A DNA stretch of 60,304 nucleotides, the filler included, from Catajapyx aquilonaris (taxonomy: Eukaryota): the NCBI GenBank assembly GCA_000934665.2. It is 3 parts of 3 records of this genome, joined end to end, with 100 filler letters (N's around TTAATTAATTAA, not from the genome) between each part and the next. Parts side by side here need not be neighbours in the genome. Positions count along the whole stretch, not along the records: positions 1 to 20,062 come from JYFJ02006341.1; positions 20,163 to 40,182 come from JYFJ02006342.1; 1 more part is not named here. One strand, given 5' to 3'. The position numbers and the translations under genes are program-made. Below are positions 13,506-27,858 of this stretch, piece by piece. The notes beneath the pieces are model-generated. The model was not told the origin of the DNA and did not search any database. It saw only the letters and a program-made list of their open reading frames with translations. Each line of letters begins with the position of its first letter. Position 1 is the stretch's first letter.

Positions 13506-14067
13506 CTGGTAAGACTAAGAGACAGGAGGAGGAGGTAACGCACAGGTGGGTGACGAAGGTCTTCTGGGTCCATCGGGCCCTTCCGCCTGATGTTACCTCT
13601 TTATATACTCGCTGGTATATTTATAGATTCAATTAGCGGTATTTGGCTGGACGAGGCTTGTTGTGGAATAAAGCGTAGAGAAATAAATTAGATTTGCTTT
13701 GCTGAGGATTCGGCTTCTTCCTGGTAGTGTGTCCTCCTCCACCCACTTTCAAATCCTGGATCTGGGCCTTTGCCATACAAGAGTCTCGGGGACAACTACT
13801 CAGCTCATGCAAATTAGGATGAAGTTTTTTGGATGGGTGGGGGCGGAACGGATCTGTATGGCCAGGCCTACTAACCTCTATTTGCCACGTATTTCAATTG
13901 GTTATTGTGTGGTACCGTATTTTCAGCCTTTCTTCTAGCATTATGTTATTATTTATTTAAAAACTTGAGACGACTGTGCATATAACCCAGCGCTGATAGG
14001 TCTCTCTCTATACAATTATGTCAGAAGTAGTGCCATTATTATTATTATATTATGATTATTGTTATTG

Positions 14068-14175
<108 letters not shown>

Positions 14176-15668
14176 AGGCAATTTAATGCAACATTAGGAT
14201 AAACCATACATCATATTACTGTAATTGATAGTAAAGTAATTTGGATTTTTTTAAAAAATAATTATGCTGTAGGGAGAGTAGCCTATTGGCCATCCCTCAC
14301 TTTGCAACCTGGTCAGCAAAAGTTCCTCCTGTTTTGTTTCCTCATTGTTTTGTTGCCAAAAAAAAAGCTCCGTTATGGACATTTGCCTATAGGCCTACTC
14401 ATAGATTGGCTCTCACTCTTAATAAAGGATTCAATGTCACAATTGAGTCAAACACTTCTTTCATTCGGTACGTCTGGTCGCGATTCATTACATGTGGCCT
14501 ACTCTCGACCCTTCGGCTGGGAAAATAATGAGAAAATTTTTCATACCCGCCAACGTGAACTTCGACTTTGGTCTTAGGGAGACTGAAAATGCATCAATAT
14601 CCCATCCTAAGGCCCTGCCTGTACTTCGAGTTATAGAAATTCGAGTTAGGGAATAGTTTGTTTTCTATTATTTTACATTGTGACCAACCAAGCTCATCAA
14701 TTTCTTCGACTTAGGAAAGTTCGACTTATATTAGTTTTACTGTACTTTTCATTGTGTTTTCAAAGCATAGTACAGTACACGATGGTGATTAACTTCCACA
14801 TTTAATTCACCTAGGGTAATCTCTTGACCTGCTTTAAAATCATCATTTTGGTTATGAGATTAATTACTACATGATGCAGAAAATAAGATTTGATCTAGTT
14901 ACCATTGGTGGTGCAAGTATAAGATATATTTCGTATAAAGGTACATAAGGGCCATAAGGGCATATCACCTGTGAAACAGGATTAACAGACATATGGTATA
15001 CTCTACAGTCTACAGGATATTCCAGTATTGTTTATCTTGTGCTAAGCAGCTTTCTTCAGCCACCTCCAGTTCTCCTAGTTGTGAATGGCTTATTCCAGAA
15101 AAATAATGTTACGCTGCTTCTGACAGGTACTACCAGAGCCTGGTACTACCTCCTATTCATGTCTAGGATCAGTTAAAATCTTCCATGTTACTTAAGATTA
15201 CTTGTGACTTTACCTGGCATGAAACATGTCAACCCTCCAATTATTATTATTCGCTAATCGTTTTTTGGCGTTTTTTCAGTTCACGCGGATAGAGGACATG
15301 ATCTCAAAGGAACCCAAGTGGAGATTTTCAGGGTCTCAAGCTGCTACCTTCAACCTCGGACCTCCCCCAATTATTATTATTCAAGCCTTCGCTGAATTTG
15401 TTTTTGGACATCAGCATGTTTCAGATGTATAAAGTTGTAGCATTAATCCCCCCAATATTACAGTATCATTATTATCAGCACAGCAGACCTACCTGAACCA
15501 AACTTGTTTTGCCCCTGTCATAAAATAATAACATAATGTAATGAATATATTACCGTATTACCGTAAGGTAAGGTAAAGTTGCATATATTGTTGTTGTCAG
15601 GTGAAATGCATTTCAGGTTGACCAAATACTTGTATAATCATCACTTGTCACATAATGCCTTGAGGAAG

Positions 15669-16045
15669 GGGAGGCATGGTGGCCGAGTTGGTAACAACTC
15701 GGCTAGCTGAGCAGAAGGTCCCGAGTTCGATCCCCGTCTGGGAGTTCCCTTTCGCCTGCATCAGGAGGGTCTCTGACCAGTGCCATGGAGGCGTCTGGCA
15801 ACCTAAACTCCAGGGAGACTGCACATGACCCCTTTACAGACATTGGACTTGCACCTGTCTCTCCTCCCCAAAAATCCCTATCCCTACCTCATGTCCTGTC
15901 TTCCCTGCATGGTGATTGAAGAAAAAATTACAGAAAATTGGAGTGAAAAATGGTGGGGTTTTGGTGGCGTGCCACCCCCCTGTGAGGGCCCACGGCCCTA
16001 TCACGGGGTATTAAAAATAAAAATAAAAATAAAATAAATAAATAA
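15669..16045 (+). mobile_element. tRNA-derived SINE, family A
   Basis: A box TGGCCGAGTTGG, B box GTTCGATCC; A-rich tail; TSD ATAATGCCTTGA; homologous copies at 31929, 38587 and 40116. Confidence 0.85.
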
Positions 16046-16419
16046 ATAATGCCTTGAAGAAGTAATTAATCGAGTTTCAAGTTGAAAGGATCTACAGTTC
16101 TTCCAAATTACCCACATCACATACACTTGTAGTGTTGGATGATGATGCTGGAAATTGATGAATGTCAAATGAATGCTCTTTCCATATTACTCTCAACATG
16201 TGTATTATGCATTTTAATAAGGAAGACAATCAATGCCAATTACATAATTATGGTCATTGGGTAAAACAATTCAAAGATGACTGAATAATAAAATCTGATT
16301 TTTGTAAGGTCCAAACAACACCTTTGTTGCCCCTTTTCTTGTAAAGCTTAGTAATGACAACAATGCTGATGTCATTTGGACCTTTAGAAAATCAGGGTGC
16401 AAGAGGAAACTAGGCCAAG

Positions 16420-17700
16420 TTATCACAGCTCTGACACCAGTAAAAAATCATGGCTGTCATAAATTGCACAGTAAAGTATTTATTTACAATGTTATGCTTG
16501 CAATATTGCTGCAAGCTTTGTATATACAGTACACCAAAGGTGATGTAAAAGTAAAAAGGAACAAAACCACAAGCTCTGGGGCACAAAATGGTGATAATAT
16601 TGGCACAAAATTGGAGATCTCTATGTGAGGCAAAAAATCTTTGGATCTCTTGAACCCATGTTTTGTACACCATTCTCATTAAAAAATTCCCCTGAACATT
16701 AGTCAGCCTCACATAAGTCAAAACTACATCTGCTTTGAGTGACGACTCACCCTGAGAGGTGCAAGAAAATGTGCAGCTTTAGTGCTTCTATTGAACAAAA
16801 CAATCCATGTAATAAAATAACTAAAGAAAGCGACCTTGGAACTGAAGAATTGCATCTTCATTTCCAAAGTGTGACCTCTGAGCAAGAACATGGATGAAAG
16901 TCACATCGGTTGGAAAAAGACCTAACAACATTAATACATCAGCAGCACAGCAGAATTTTTGCACTAGTATCCCTTGTCCAGTCACTTCTATTTAATAACT
17001 TGACTTTCTCTGCACAAATAATTACTCCCCCTTCCTTTCAAATGAGATTAGGCAATATAAGTGACTGTCAGTTACTATGTTCTTCTTGAGAGGTACACCT
17101 ATTGCAATGCTTTGGCTTGACATATAGAATAATGACGTAGCTAGCTTATTACTGAAGGCCTTCTTAGGAGGTAACACTGGCACTCCTGCTGATCACACGA
17201 TATAAACCAGCTGATGCTTGTGGCTGCTGGTAGGGATTCATGCTTCTCATTGCCTGATTTATGTCAAGAGACCAGCATGTCATTCCAATGCTACTTTTCA
17301 ATAAGGCCTTCAACTGCAAAGCCTTCTCCTGCTTCATACAGGGTGGTCCTCTGCCCAATTTGATGGTCCAAAATGGGAGCAATGGGGTCGAGTTGATGGA
17401 TTACTCATCCCTGGTCCACATGTGAACTTCAGTCCCAACTCCGCATAAGGATTGAGGCTTCCTTTACATTTTTGTATAATCTTTTGCAGCTTAACAATGC
17501 TGAATATGGAAAGTGGGTGCTTTCCATACCATTTATTTAAACAATTCCATAACAATCAAACAATTTTCAACCATTCTGCATAATCACTGAATAGTGTTTA
17601 CATTGCTAGCCTGGGTCAATAACCCATCAACTCTCCCCATCCCACTTGTTGAGACCATCAACTTGGGCTGAGTACGACCACGTTCTTACATGTTCTTAAT
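16420..17700 (-). mobile_element. Heavily decayed reverse-transcriptase fragment, possibly Penelope-like
   Basis: Ordered degenerate motifs AELGLKF..P, IICAEKS (cf. ADKG), ILQFQGRF, LTYVRL (cf. RYVDD), FFASHRDLQF; many stops and frameshifts. Confidence 0.35.
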
Positions 17701-17928
17701 TTTCATGTTGGCATATAAGCATCCGCTGCAAGAGTCAAAAATGTGCATATATATTGCAATTTTCTGTGAAGTGACAATTGAACTACAAGTCCCTTCAACA
17801 CGAACCCCTTTTCAAGCATTAAGCTGTTTGTTTCAGTCTTCACAAATGCAAATCCAAGAGAGCAACATTGTTGCCTTGCGGCTGGAACCATGGCAGCACC
17901 AAGACTGACAAGAGAACGACCAAGGTTG

Positions 17929-18251
17929 GTCGCCTCCGATTTGGTTGAAACTCGTTTGAGGGGTCACTCATGTGCGATCAACACAGTGGTGAAAGTCCTA
18001 GATGCCACTGTCCAGCCATTTCTGAGATATGAGCACAAAAAAAATCCGAATTTTGGCTGCACATACAGGTGTCGGGCGGGAAGGGACAAGTGCAAGGCCC
18101 GGCAAGGCCCCTACATGCGCGACCAAAATTCGGATGTTTCTGTCGCTCATATCTTGGAAACGGAAGGACAGTGGCATCTAGGACTTTCACCACTGTGTCT
18201 ATCGCACATGAGTGACCCCCTAAAGCGAGTTTCAACCAAATCAGAGGCAAC
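17929..18251. mobile_element. Palindromic MITE
   Basis: Arms of roughly 130 bp: GCCTCCGATTTGGTTGAAACTCG...GTCACTCATGTGCGAT and ATCGCACATGAGTGAC...CGAGTTTCAACCAAATCAGAGGC. Confidence 0.8.
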
Positions 18252-20062
18252 TGACTGGCCGTTCCCTTGTGAGTATTTAAGACCTGAATGATATTGCACT
18301 AGTTCCAAACCCATAGGAAGGGAAAAATTTATGCCTGTAAATGCATGGCACCCATCATTACTGAATAAGCAATATTTAGGGCTAGCTTATTCAGGATTAG
18401 GTTTCACTTACGGTCCAATATTTTTGCAGACACTGTATCTTTGGTCTAACATGTGAGTAATCACTACCTGTGGAACATTCCTCACTCGCAGCACAAGACA
18501 TATGTCACAGGTGATATGTACTAAAGAAAAAGTTCCACAACAATATTAGGCTGACATTTTTAAACTCGGCTCCACAGACCAAGCTATACAACTGGAGTGA
18601 TCATATCCTATCAGCAGAAATACCTGCTCAACTTATTGCTATTGACAACTACAATATTTAAAAAGAACTAGTACATATCAAACAGAACAAACAAAATTGC
18701 ATCAAATTAGTGACATACTGCTGCATAAGAAAACCACATGGTTTGTTATACACATGTAAAGTTCATCATTCAAGATAGCCCTACTTAATAATTATTAAGT
18801 GAATGTCTGCCACAATATCTTACGGGCAGAAGTGCTGACCTTTTAAAAAGGTTGCATAATTATTATCACATAGAACAATGGTTCCACATTTCTAATGTTG
18901 ATGGCAAGAAAGTACCCATTGGGCACAAGTTCTACCGTCATAAGCATGACTTAACACCACCTATGAGGCACGCAGGAACCATCCTAAGGCTGGCCCCTGT
19001 AACTAGGCAACAATCTGGACATGCTTAGGTAAAGTGGGCTTTACACAGGCACTTCGACTCTCCCCGAGTCTGAAGGACAGGAACCCTTTTTCAGATAGAA
19101 ATCGGCTCTCTGACATCCTCCCCAGTCCCCACCACCCCCATTTCCCCCTCAGGTGGTGAGAAGGTGCGGGGGACAGGTTTTGGTGGAGGTGTTGATGGTG
19201 GTGTGATGGGCAGGGGGTTGGGGAGTCTGATGGGAAGATGCTATGAGCCATTCAGAGCCCCTTTCATTCTGAAGGTCCCTTCACACAGTCACTTCGACGG
19301 TATCCCCTGCTCACTCTCTGATCTCTGACTAACCTAGATCAAAGCTGGCCTCCTTGGCTTCAACATCGCATCCGACACAAAATGCCATTTATACAGAGGA
19401 TTTGATGGTTGAATCCATGTCAGATAACCGAAAATTGGACTCTGTAAAGCCCACTTAATGTATTGGAGGAGTTGGCAAGCTCAGGCCCTCTGAACAAGTT
19501 GTTTCCTCTACTGATGTTAATGTTGACTTAGGGACCAGAGCCATACAATATTCCTCTGAAAAATTTTTAAACTGGCAATGGGCACTTAATTCAACACATC
19601 ATCTGGGGGCAATGAAACTGGCCACTAAATCATCAACTACATTATGCTCTCCAAGGGAGCCAATCAGAGAAATGCTGGCAGACTTAGCATTGGTGCTGGC
19701 ACCAGGATGGTTGGAGGCTTTTTTTACAAATTTATTTATTCGACCCCATGATAGGGTGGAGCCCTTGGATGGTTGGAGGCTTCGACATTCACTTTTATTT
19801 CTCTCTTTTCAAGCTACACTGTACTCCCAGTTATCCGTGCTAATGAATGCACAGGTGTTGCCAGATAATTGGAAAACACAGGTAATCCAAAAATGGTCCT
19901 AAATAGGCTACTGTAAAAATGAGCTATTCACAAGTTTTTAAATGTACTACTGTACTACGACCAGCCAAAAAGATTGTCGCACTGTATCCGCGACTTGTTG
20001 TTTATTCCCGGTGCTGCCAGGTTACAGGTGTTTATTTGGCGATATTCCGGAATCCACACAGC

Positions 20063-20162
20063 NNNNNNNNNNNNNNNNNNNNNNNNNNNNNNNNNNNNNN
20101 NNNNNNTTAATTAATTAANNNNNNNNNNNNNNNNNNNNNNNNNNNNNNNNNNNNNNNNNNNN
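20063..20162. other. Artificial spacer (44N-TTAATTAATTAA-44N)
   Basis: Exactly 100 nt; the core has stops in all six frames; identical to the spacer at 40183-40282. Confidence 0.95.
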
Positions 20163-20254
20163 CCATGAAAACATGTTGCATACTCTGGAGTAAATCCATC
20201 GGTTTTGCTGCCTTTCCCCCTGTTGGGTTGGTATGTTGTACCTAACCAAGCTTT

Positions 20255-20447
20255 GAACCTCTCCGAACCCGATCCGGAACACGCTCCGAACCCCGCTCCT
20301 GAACCCGGTTCAACTCCGAACCCGTTCGCTCCGAACCAGCTCCGACCTTCACTCCACTCTTCTCCCGAACCCGACTCTACTGCTCCGGATCGGGTTCGCT
20401 GTTATCGGGTTCACGGAGCAAGGGTTCGGTTCGGTTCACAACCCTGC
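20255..20447. mobile_element. End of a hAT-like MITE with CCGAAC subterminal repeats
   Basis: Many CCGAAC(C) copies ending GGTTCGGTTCGGTTCACAACCCTG. Confidence 0.55.
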
Positions 20448-21099
20448 ACAAGAGAGTTCAGGATCTAAGGAAAGAGTATGTTCAAGTGATTGTTTTAACC
20501 TACAGGCATGTATTCAGCAATTCTAGCAGTATGTCAAGTGAGCTCCTGATTTACATATCAAGCCAGTTAATATCTGAACCTATTCAGATCAAGTGATGGT
20601 CTCGAAAGAGAACTGGAATAAGTCGTGGAATTTTAGTCCCACTGATAGCCATTGGTAACTTAGCAGTACCAGTGTTGGCCATGGCACTGATAAGTTAGCA
20701 GTAACTATCAGTGGCATGAAAATTCCACCCTTCACACACACACACCTCCTTAACATGGGGTGTATGCTAAGGGTTGCTTCAAGACCAGGATAAAGTGGCC
20801 AAAAGTATTAGAACCCGATAATACACCCAGGTACTCCTTATAGGTACCTTACTCTTTGGTACTCCTTGCATTTTGGTACTCCTTGGTACTCCTTGCATTT
20901 TGGGACTTCAGTGTACACTTTACAGTCGAGTGGATAACCCCTTGGTCAATTAAGTGATCCATGGGCATTTTTTTTAGTTTCCTGGAAAACTGGTGTCGCT
21001 TGACATATGGGACACTTGACATATGGGATTATACCGAGAAACGCTTCAATTTCCCTTTAGGCAGATTAATATGTATATCGTTGTACCAACAGATATGAT

Positions 21100-21506
21100 T
21101 AAAGTGTATAATAATATGGTCCATACAGGCAGCCACAGTTAGGCCTAACAGCCGCTTGGGTATCTGAGAAAAAACAGGTTTTCTCACACCATTTTAACAA
21201 GTTGCGTTTTGCCATAATTGAAGTAAAAAATTTTAAGCATATTATTCACCAATGGGCGACACGGTGGCCGAGTGGTTAGCGCCGCAGCCTTCCACCTCTA
21301 AGGTCCCGAGTTCGATCTCCGGGTCGGACGGAGGATACTTATGTGGATAGAGTTTCGATGGGTTCTCTCCGTGTTCGCGTGGGTTTTCTCTGGGTTCTCC
21401 CGTTTCCTCCCACTATCAAAATCCATCACATTACAGGCAAATGATTAAAGTCGGGTATTCAAAAGATGATCCCCTAAGAGGCCCAAGGGGCCTATCACGG
21501 GGTATC

Positions 21507-21593
<87 letters not shown>

Positions 21594-21830
21594 CCAATGA
21601 GATTGGCCTGTAATTATAAGGGTCATTACGGTCCCCATTTTTAAATATCAGAACTACCATTGCTCGAGCCCAATTCTCAGGTATAGTGGCTGCAGTTAAA
21701 CATCTATTAAAGAAAGGTTAACAGAGAATCAAAAACACCCAGGGAACTTATTTTTAAGAAGGTGTTTGATATTAAGTCTGGGCCAGCAGCAATATTACTT
21801 TTAAACTAAGTTATTTGTTCATTGGTTTGG
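21100..21830 (-). mobile_element. LINE RT fragment interrupted by a SINE
   Basis: PENWARAMVVLIFKNGDRNDPYNYRPISLVN, continuing after the SINE as KFFTSIMAK..LLKWCE..DTQAA.RP. Confidence 0.75.
21254..21588 (+). mobile_element. tRNA-derived SINE with V-domain-like core and (TAT)n tail
   Basis: tRNA head; core GTTCTCTCCGTGTTCGCGTGGGTTTTCTCTGGGTTCTCCCGTTTCCTCCCAC resembles the V-SINE domain; TSD ATTCACCAATG on both sides. Confidence 0.8.
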
Positions 21831-23381
21831 AACTACTGCACTACTACTCATTATTCCAAATAATTTTATTCGATTATATGGTACCAGTACTGCAGCTTAT
21901 ATTCTAACAATTTAGCAAACCCATTCCCTATCCTATTTCCCTTGCAACTGGTGTTAGAATGCTTTTCTGGCATGCTAAGATGCCTTTCATGTTTACGAGT
22001 AAGCTTTGTATGATCCCCAGGTCTCTACTTTCCCTGCATAGTCACAGCATTATGGCCATATGTACGCATTTGCGCATGATTCACCTTGGCATTTGCCCTC
22101 ATTTCCGTTAGCAGTTTCAGCAATCCAACAGGGTGTCGGGTGTCCAGATAACTAGGTATGGAGGAGGAAGAGGCTTATCACACCAATGATGTCATGTCTG
22201 AGTTGAGCGTCAGTACAGGGACATCCACTTGAATAGGTTCACCTAATTTGAGTGTGTTATGTCAAGGTAAGGCCTAAGATTTTTTAAAAAAATTCCTCAC
22301 CAGCCATAAGTTAGTGTCTTCAGAGAAAATATGATTTTTAAACTGCATTATCGACAGAGTCATGTGCGTGGATTACCCTTGGGCAATGTGATCCATATCA
22401 TACGTCTCTGATGTAATCCTTGTTTCCAACCATGTAGCCCCTCGTTTGCGTATCTCTGACACTGCAATCTCTTGCAGCTCTTGCAACAGCCCAGCAACAG
22501 CCCTAGTTCAGACTGATATTTCCTTATCCGTACCTACCTGACTGGAAGTTCCTTTGTTGCACTCGTGAAATTGACGTAGGCCTAATTTTTTAATGCAACA
22601 CTCTGCAAACTTGTTTTGAAAGGTGATGAGTGTCATTTTGTGTATTTCAAATGGAGTGCTAGTTCATCCAGAATCATCCTGCATGGCTACTATCACAATG
22701 AGGTCTTGGCAACTCTTTGAAAGTATTATTGCGTGTTTTGTGCATTATAACGTTCCTTCATAAAAGTGAGTACTGGTATGGTACTGATTATATTTTTAAG
22801 TTACAGTAAGAATGCGTTTTGGGAGGGAGGCTCACTGTTAATGGATGGGGCAATGCGTTACGTAACGATCCAAACGATAGTTACTTAACATTTTGCCCTG
22901 CCCATTTTCATTCAAAGATGTTTCATGCAACAGAATTTTGATCCAGGGCATACCTTTTTGTCCAAAGCAGTACTACTTTGTTGAAACATTTTTGTCTGAA
23001 GGCCAAAGGCCCAGTTACTGCACTAATAATAGTAGTAGGTCATGGAGAGAGGATTTATGAGTAGGCCAACTTATTGTGGATTGTTGTCGAGAATAAGCAT
23101 AACAATGGAAAGATTTACTTCTCCATGCATGTGATGCAACTCAGCCATTTGTCTCTGGGCAAAGTAATTTGACTTGCTTTGAACAAAAAGGCGAAAAAAA
23201 ATGAATGAAGACAGCATGCCTTTGGATGCATAAGACAAGATGACCTAGTTATTAATCTTGATGTTAATTTTCTTGATCCATTTTTGCAAGTCAAAATGGA
23301 GAATGAAATGAAATGAATGAATTGAAATGAGAACACAGCAGTGGTCTCAGAGAACTGCTGAGAAAAGCTTCGGTGTGTGCC

Positions 23382-23545
23382 GGGGGCATGGTGGTCTAGT
23401 GGCTATGCTACTGGCCAGCCAAGCGGAAGGTCCGGGGTTCGAATCCCACCCCCGTCACCTCCTCTTGGTCGGGTGCTTTTCACCCGGCATGTCCAAGCAT
23501 GTCTAGTATTTAAGAGGGTCTGAAATGACTAGAAACTATTCAATG
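23382..23545 (+). mobile_element. tRNA-derived SINE, family B (partial)
   Basis: GGTGGTCTAGTGG...GGTTCGAATCC head; homologous to 33381-33670. Confidence 0.7.
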
Positions 23546-26433
23546 ATGAGCTGATGACTAATTTTTGCACTTTGGGTTTCCTTGCTTCAGGGAATACGTC
23601 AGTACTGTTCATGGGAGATGGGTTGATGGAAGTAAAATTGAAATAGTGCACTCATTGAGCAAGCAGGAACAGATGTAGACTAGATCTCAGCATATCGAAT
23701 GTCCCCCATTTTTGCATGTGAGTCATTCTCTGGTATTTGTGTGCCATTGCTTAAAATTTAAATCACCAGCTACTAATATCAGGATGTGCTGTGTACCCAT
23801 CCTTCATTTCAAAAGGGGATCTGGCCGGAAAAAATGGATTCTGTTATTCACATTTGATGCCAATTGTTCCAATGGAGAGGTTGCCACTGCATCTTGCCGT
23901 CAGGAATGGATGCAGGAGGTGAGAGACTTTTCAGCCCAAGTTCAGACTGCTGTGTAACCAATTTTACAAGTCTGATGCACTTCTTGCACAGTTGCAAAGG
24001 AATTGGTGAAAAGGGTGTCACAGGAGGCATACATTACTAGGTGCATTAGTAGTTTTCCTGAAATGGCAACAAACGATGTGTTTTCTTGCCTGCCAGTTCT
24101 GGTGAGTGCATGTCACATTTGGAACATTATTTTTTCATTTATTGCTGTTTGCACCATGGTTTGCACTGAATTCTGACTACTTGCCACCTAATTTAATCAC
24201 TTGTGTTTAGAATTCATGACATCAATCCTTCAAGTGACTTGAAAACTGAACAATTTTTAGGGTCGACCATTTGTATTATTACAGTCTGCAGTGCAATAGA
24301 ACTCTTCATAATATGAATGCGACAAGAATATTGTAATATTCCCATGAAGCCCTGAATTGATATTTAACCGCCATGAGTACCGATTCAGCCTGGGTAGTCT
24401 TTACTTACAACCAGTTTCGAGAATGTCTGATGCTGATATTCAGCTGGACAGAATATACCGTACTTCTTTCCACAACTTGTTTCCAGAAGAACGTGGCTTC
24501 CAACTCATGGAGGCAAAGATTATTATCATCATGCCCTCTTTAATACCTAATACAATGTAAGTAGTTGTGATGCTGTATTTAGGAAGGAATGACCAAAAAA
24601 AAAACGTTTGTCTGTCTCTATCCCTCCCCTGAATATTTTTGATCAGTGTTCCAACCCATGCATATGGCAGCTAATTTTTTTTTCAGGTGTGCGATATCAA
24701 GCCTTGCATTTTTATTTGCTGGGGGCAACCCATTTTAGGACCTCAGAATGACCCTTGTTGCCTGGCATTCCTCCTGTGGTGGAGCAAAATACAAAGCTTC
24801 ACATTTTTTGAACTGCTGGGTTGTGATAATGGAACACTGCAAGTCGAACTGTATTCAACTGCACGCAACTTATGATGTAATGTTTCACTTTGCAATGAGT
24901 GAAATCCTGATGGTTTGCTGCTTGTACGGGCAGTTCATGATGCAAGACCAACTGGTGGCAGATTTTATACGATTTAGACCTGGATGTGGTCATTTTGACG
25001 ACGACATTCTTGACGCTTATGGCTAGTTGTACAGTATATAATTATGTGGAGGAGTTTCAGACCAGTTAAAATTTTAAACAGACCCTTATGCTACTAGAGG
25101 ACATGAAGCTTCACTACTTATGGTCATATTCTCTGGGTCTTCCGTGAACTTATATTGTTCAGTACCATGGTGAGAAAAATAATTCTCTGTAATAGCTTGT
25201 GTGATTTCTTCCTGGCATTCTCGTTATAAAAACCAAGGCATCAGGGTTAAGAGTTACTCTTTTGTTTTTATGGCGATTCCCTGCGAGGCTGTGGTGCTGG
25301 GCTGTCATCCGCACTCACCTGTCACAAGTAGTATTGGGGTCCTGATCAACAGGTGATGCACTGCAGGAAGAGTATACCTCTACCGAATATGCTCAAGAAC
25401 TTTCTGATGTTTGGCAACGTTGACTTGACTATTTTCTGAAAGGGCCCAAGCTGGGTTAAGAACTAGAATGGCACTTTTTCACTTGTGGTTTATGAATCCC
25501 CAGTAGTTAGCTGTCTTATTGAGATCGCAATGGCCTGATAATGAATCATCGCACGTACGAGTTGATTCCATCCCATTCAAACAGCCGAGCAATGCTGGGA
25601 CTACATCAAGGGCGCAGTCATAATCAACTTGAACATCTACAAAGATTCGAAGCTCCTGGAGAATCAACACTGAATAGCAAGTGACAAAAGCACAACAATA
25701 AGCTGCCTTATACCTTTTGGGACAGCATCAATTCCAAAAGAGACATGATGGGAGGAGTTATTTTGTTCATCAAAAGAAGTGACAGTATGGATGCATATTG
25801 GTAATGAGTTAGCTGGATGCCACTTTTCTATGGAAACAAATTGTGGAAAGAAATAGATTATCTCCAGCTGAAGATCAGCAGTTAGACCTGATTGAAACTG
25901 GTTGTAAGTAAAGATGACCAGGCTGAATCTGTATTCATGAAGGTTAAATATCACAGCAGCGCTTCATGCAAAGACTACAATATTCTTGTCCCATGCATAA
26001 TTATTATAGAGTTCTAATGCACTGCAGACTGTAATAAGACAAATATTTATGGTCGACCCTAAAAAATTGTCCAGTTTTAAATTCATTAGGAGACTTGATG
26101 TAATGAATTGAGGAGCTTGATGGAAGAACCAGGTGGCTCCATATTGCCAAGTTTTGAGAAAACGGCAAGAACGTTTCTAAAAAATTCATAATTCACACCA
26201 GAATTGAAAAAATTAATACAGAGGAACTACTCACAATGACTCTTAAAATGGCATTAAGTAGTAAGCAAGTAACCAAATAAATATTAAGTAAATTAATGTT
26301 AAAATCCGTGAAGCTACGGGTGCGCGGGCAAAAATATACATGCTATATTAAAAACGGTGATTTCAACGGGTAGTAGGGTGTGCGCATGGAAGAAGCCGGG
26401 ATTGGGTCCGAAGGGCCAGCGACGATCCGTTTG

Positions 26434-26640
26434 CGAGATGTCGACCTTTGACATAGACGATGTCCATCCCTGAAAGTGTGGGTACCTCCGTGCATGCTTC
26501 ATTGCTGGTTGCCAGAGTCAGGCAGTTGAGCTACTGTTTTGGGGGAGCGCGCCTGACTCCAGCAACCAGCAATGGATGCATGTACGGGGGTATCCACAGT
26601 TGCAAGGATGGACATCATCGATGTCAAAGGTCGACATCTC
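26434..26640. mobile_element. Palindromic MITE core
   Basis: GAGATGTCGACCTTTGACAT...ATGTCAAAGGTCGACATCTC with internal paired arms. Confidence 0.7.
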
Positions 26641-26883
26641 ACTATGTCTCAAGGAAGGCTCGGAGCTGCATGATTCGTAGACCAAACTATGGACAGTTTT
26701 TTTCTTCATAGGATGCCATGATTAACTCGTTTTTGATGAAAAGTGGAGCTACCTGGTTCTTTCACCAGGCTCCTCAATTTTAAACACAAGTTATTACATA
26801 GGTGACTAGTAGTAAGAGTCCAGTCCAAACTGAAATTGAAAAAATGATTTTCTAAATGTGACATGCACTCACCAGTACTTAGT

Positions 26884-27858
26884 AAGGGAGATCGGGGTTG
26901 GTTATAACCCTTTTTAGTCTGGATTTTTAAATTCAGTTACGTATGCATTTAGGCAAAGGTTTATGACATGGTGGAAAGAAGGCTACATTCCTCTATATAA
27001 AATTAAAATTATAAAATCTTAAGATTAAAAATTAATAGATTTACGAATATTTTTCCAAGGCAAGGCCGAGTGTTACAACCGACCCCATCATAGGGGCTGT
27101 TGTAACAGAGGGTGGGGTCGATTGTAACACTAATTATGTCTTAAGGGGAAAATGTATGTAATATGGAAGAACAATTTACACCCACTCATCTTCTCAATAA
27201 TTGTCTTATAGCCTATTTGATCCACTTGGAGTACTATTTATCTCTCGATACGCTGGAATTTATTCATCACAATAGTATTGCAAGAGAATATATTTTTTAT
27301 TCATATAAATTTTCGACAAACTGGCTAGTAGAGGCTTTATTGCACAAAATAATAACTATTTCTATTCTGAATATCCTGTTAGATATGTGCGTGAGATGTG
27401 TAGCTGTAACATCATTCTGTACACAGACTTGACCTTTCTCCTATGATTTTACCATGTACAACTGACCCCAAGGAAGCTGTTACAACCGTCCCCATTGTGT
27501 GTTGACTTGTAGATATGCTTACTACTTTTTAACTGTGACTATGATTAGGTCATCCATACCGTCAGTGTGACCCCACTAAAGGAACCTTTCTCATGATACC
27601 AATGTCAATTAAATGTCATCTCTGCCCTTCATATAATCACTTGATTACTGTCACTTACAAAAGTTGGGAACACACCTTGATTTTGGTTTTTTGCATATAA
27701 ATGAACAAAAAAACAAAAAGGATAAGTCTAAGTTTTGCCTGGCTTTGAGGCCATAGTGAAACACGTGCTGTGTGAGTTTCAGCTTCAGGGCTTTCCAAAG
27801 GTATCTATTATTGGCTATGTTACAACCGTACCCTGTACAACCGACTCAGATCTCCTTA
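26884..27858. mobile_element. Non-autonomous DNA transposon inserted in the duplicated arm
   Basis: TIRs AAGGGAGATCGGGGTTGGTT and ACAACCGACTCAGATCTCCTT; internal TACAACC repeats; absent from the paired arm near 24100. Confidence 0.7.

Noticed and set aside
20830..20905. GGTACTCCTT repeats as a CRISPR-like array
   Set aside because: These are short degenerate tandem repeats without unique spacers, in eukaryotic DNA with no cas genes.
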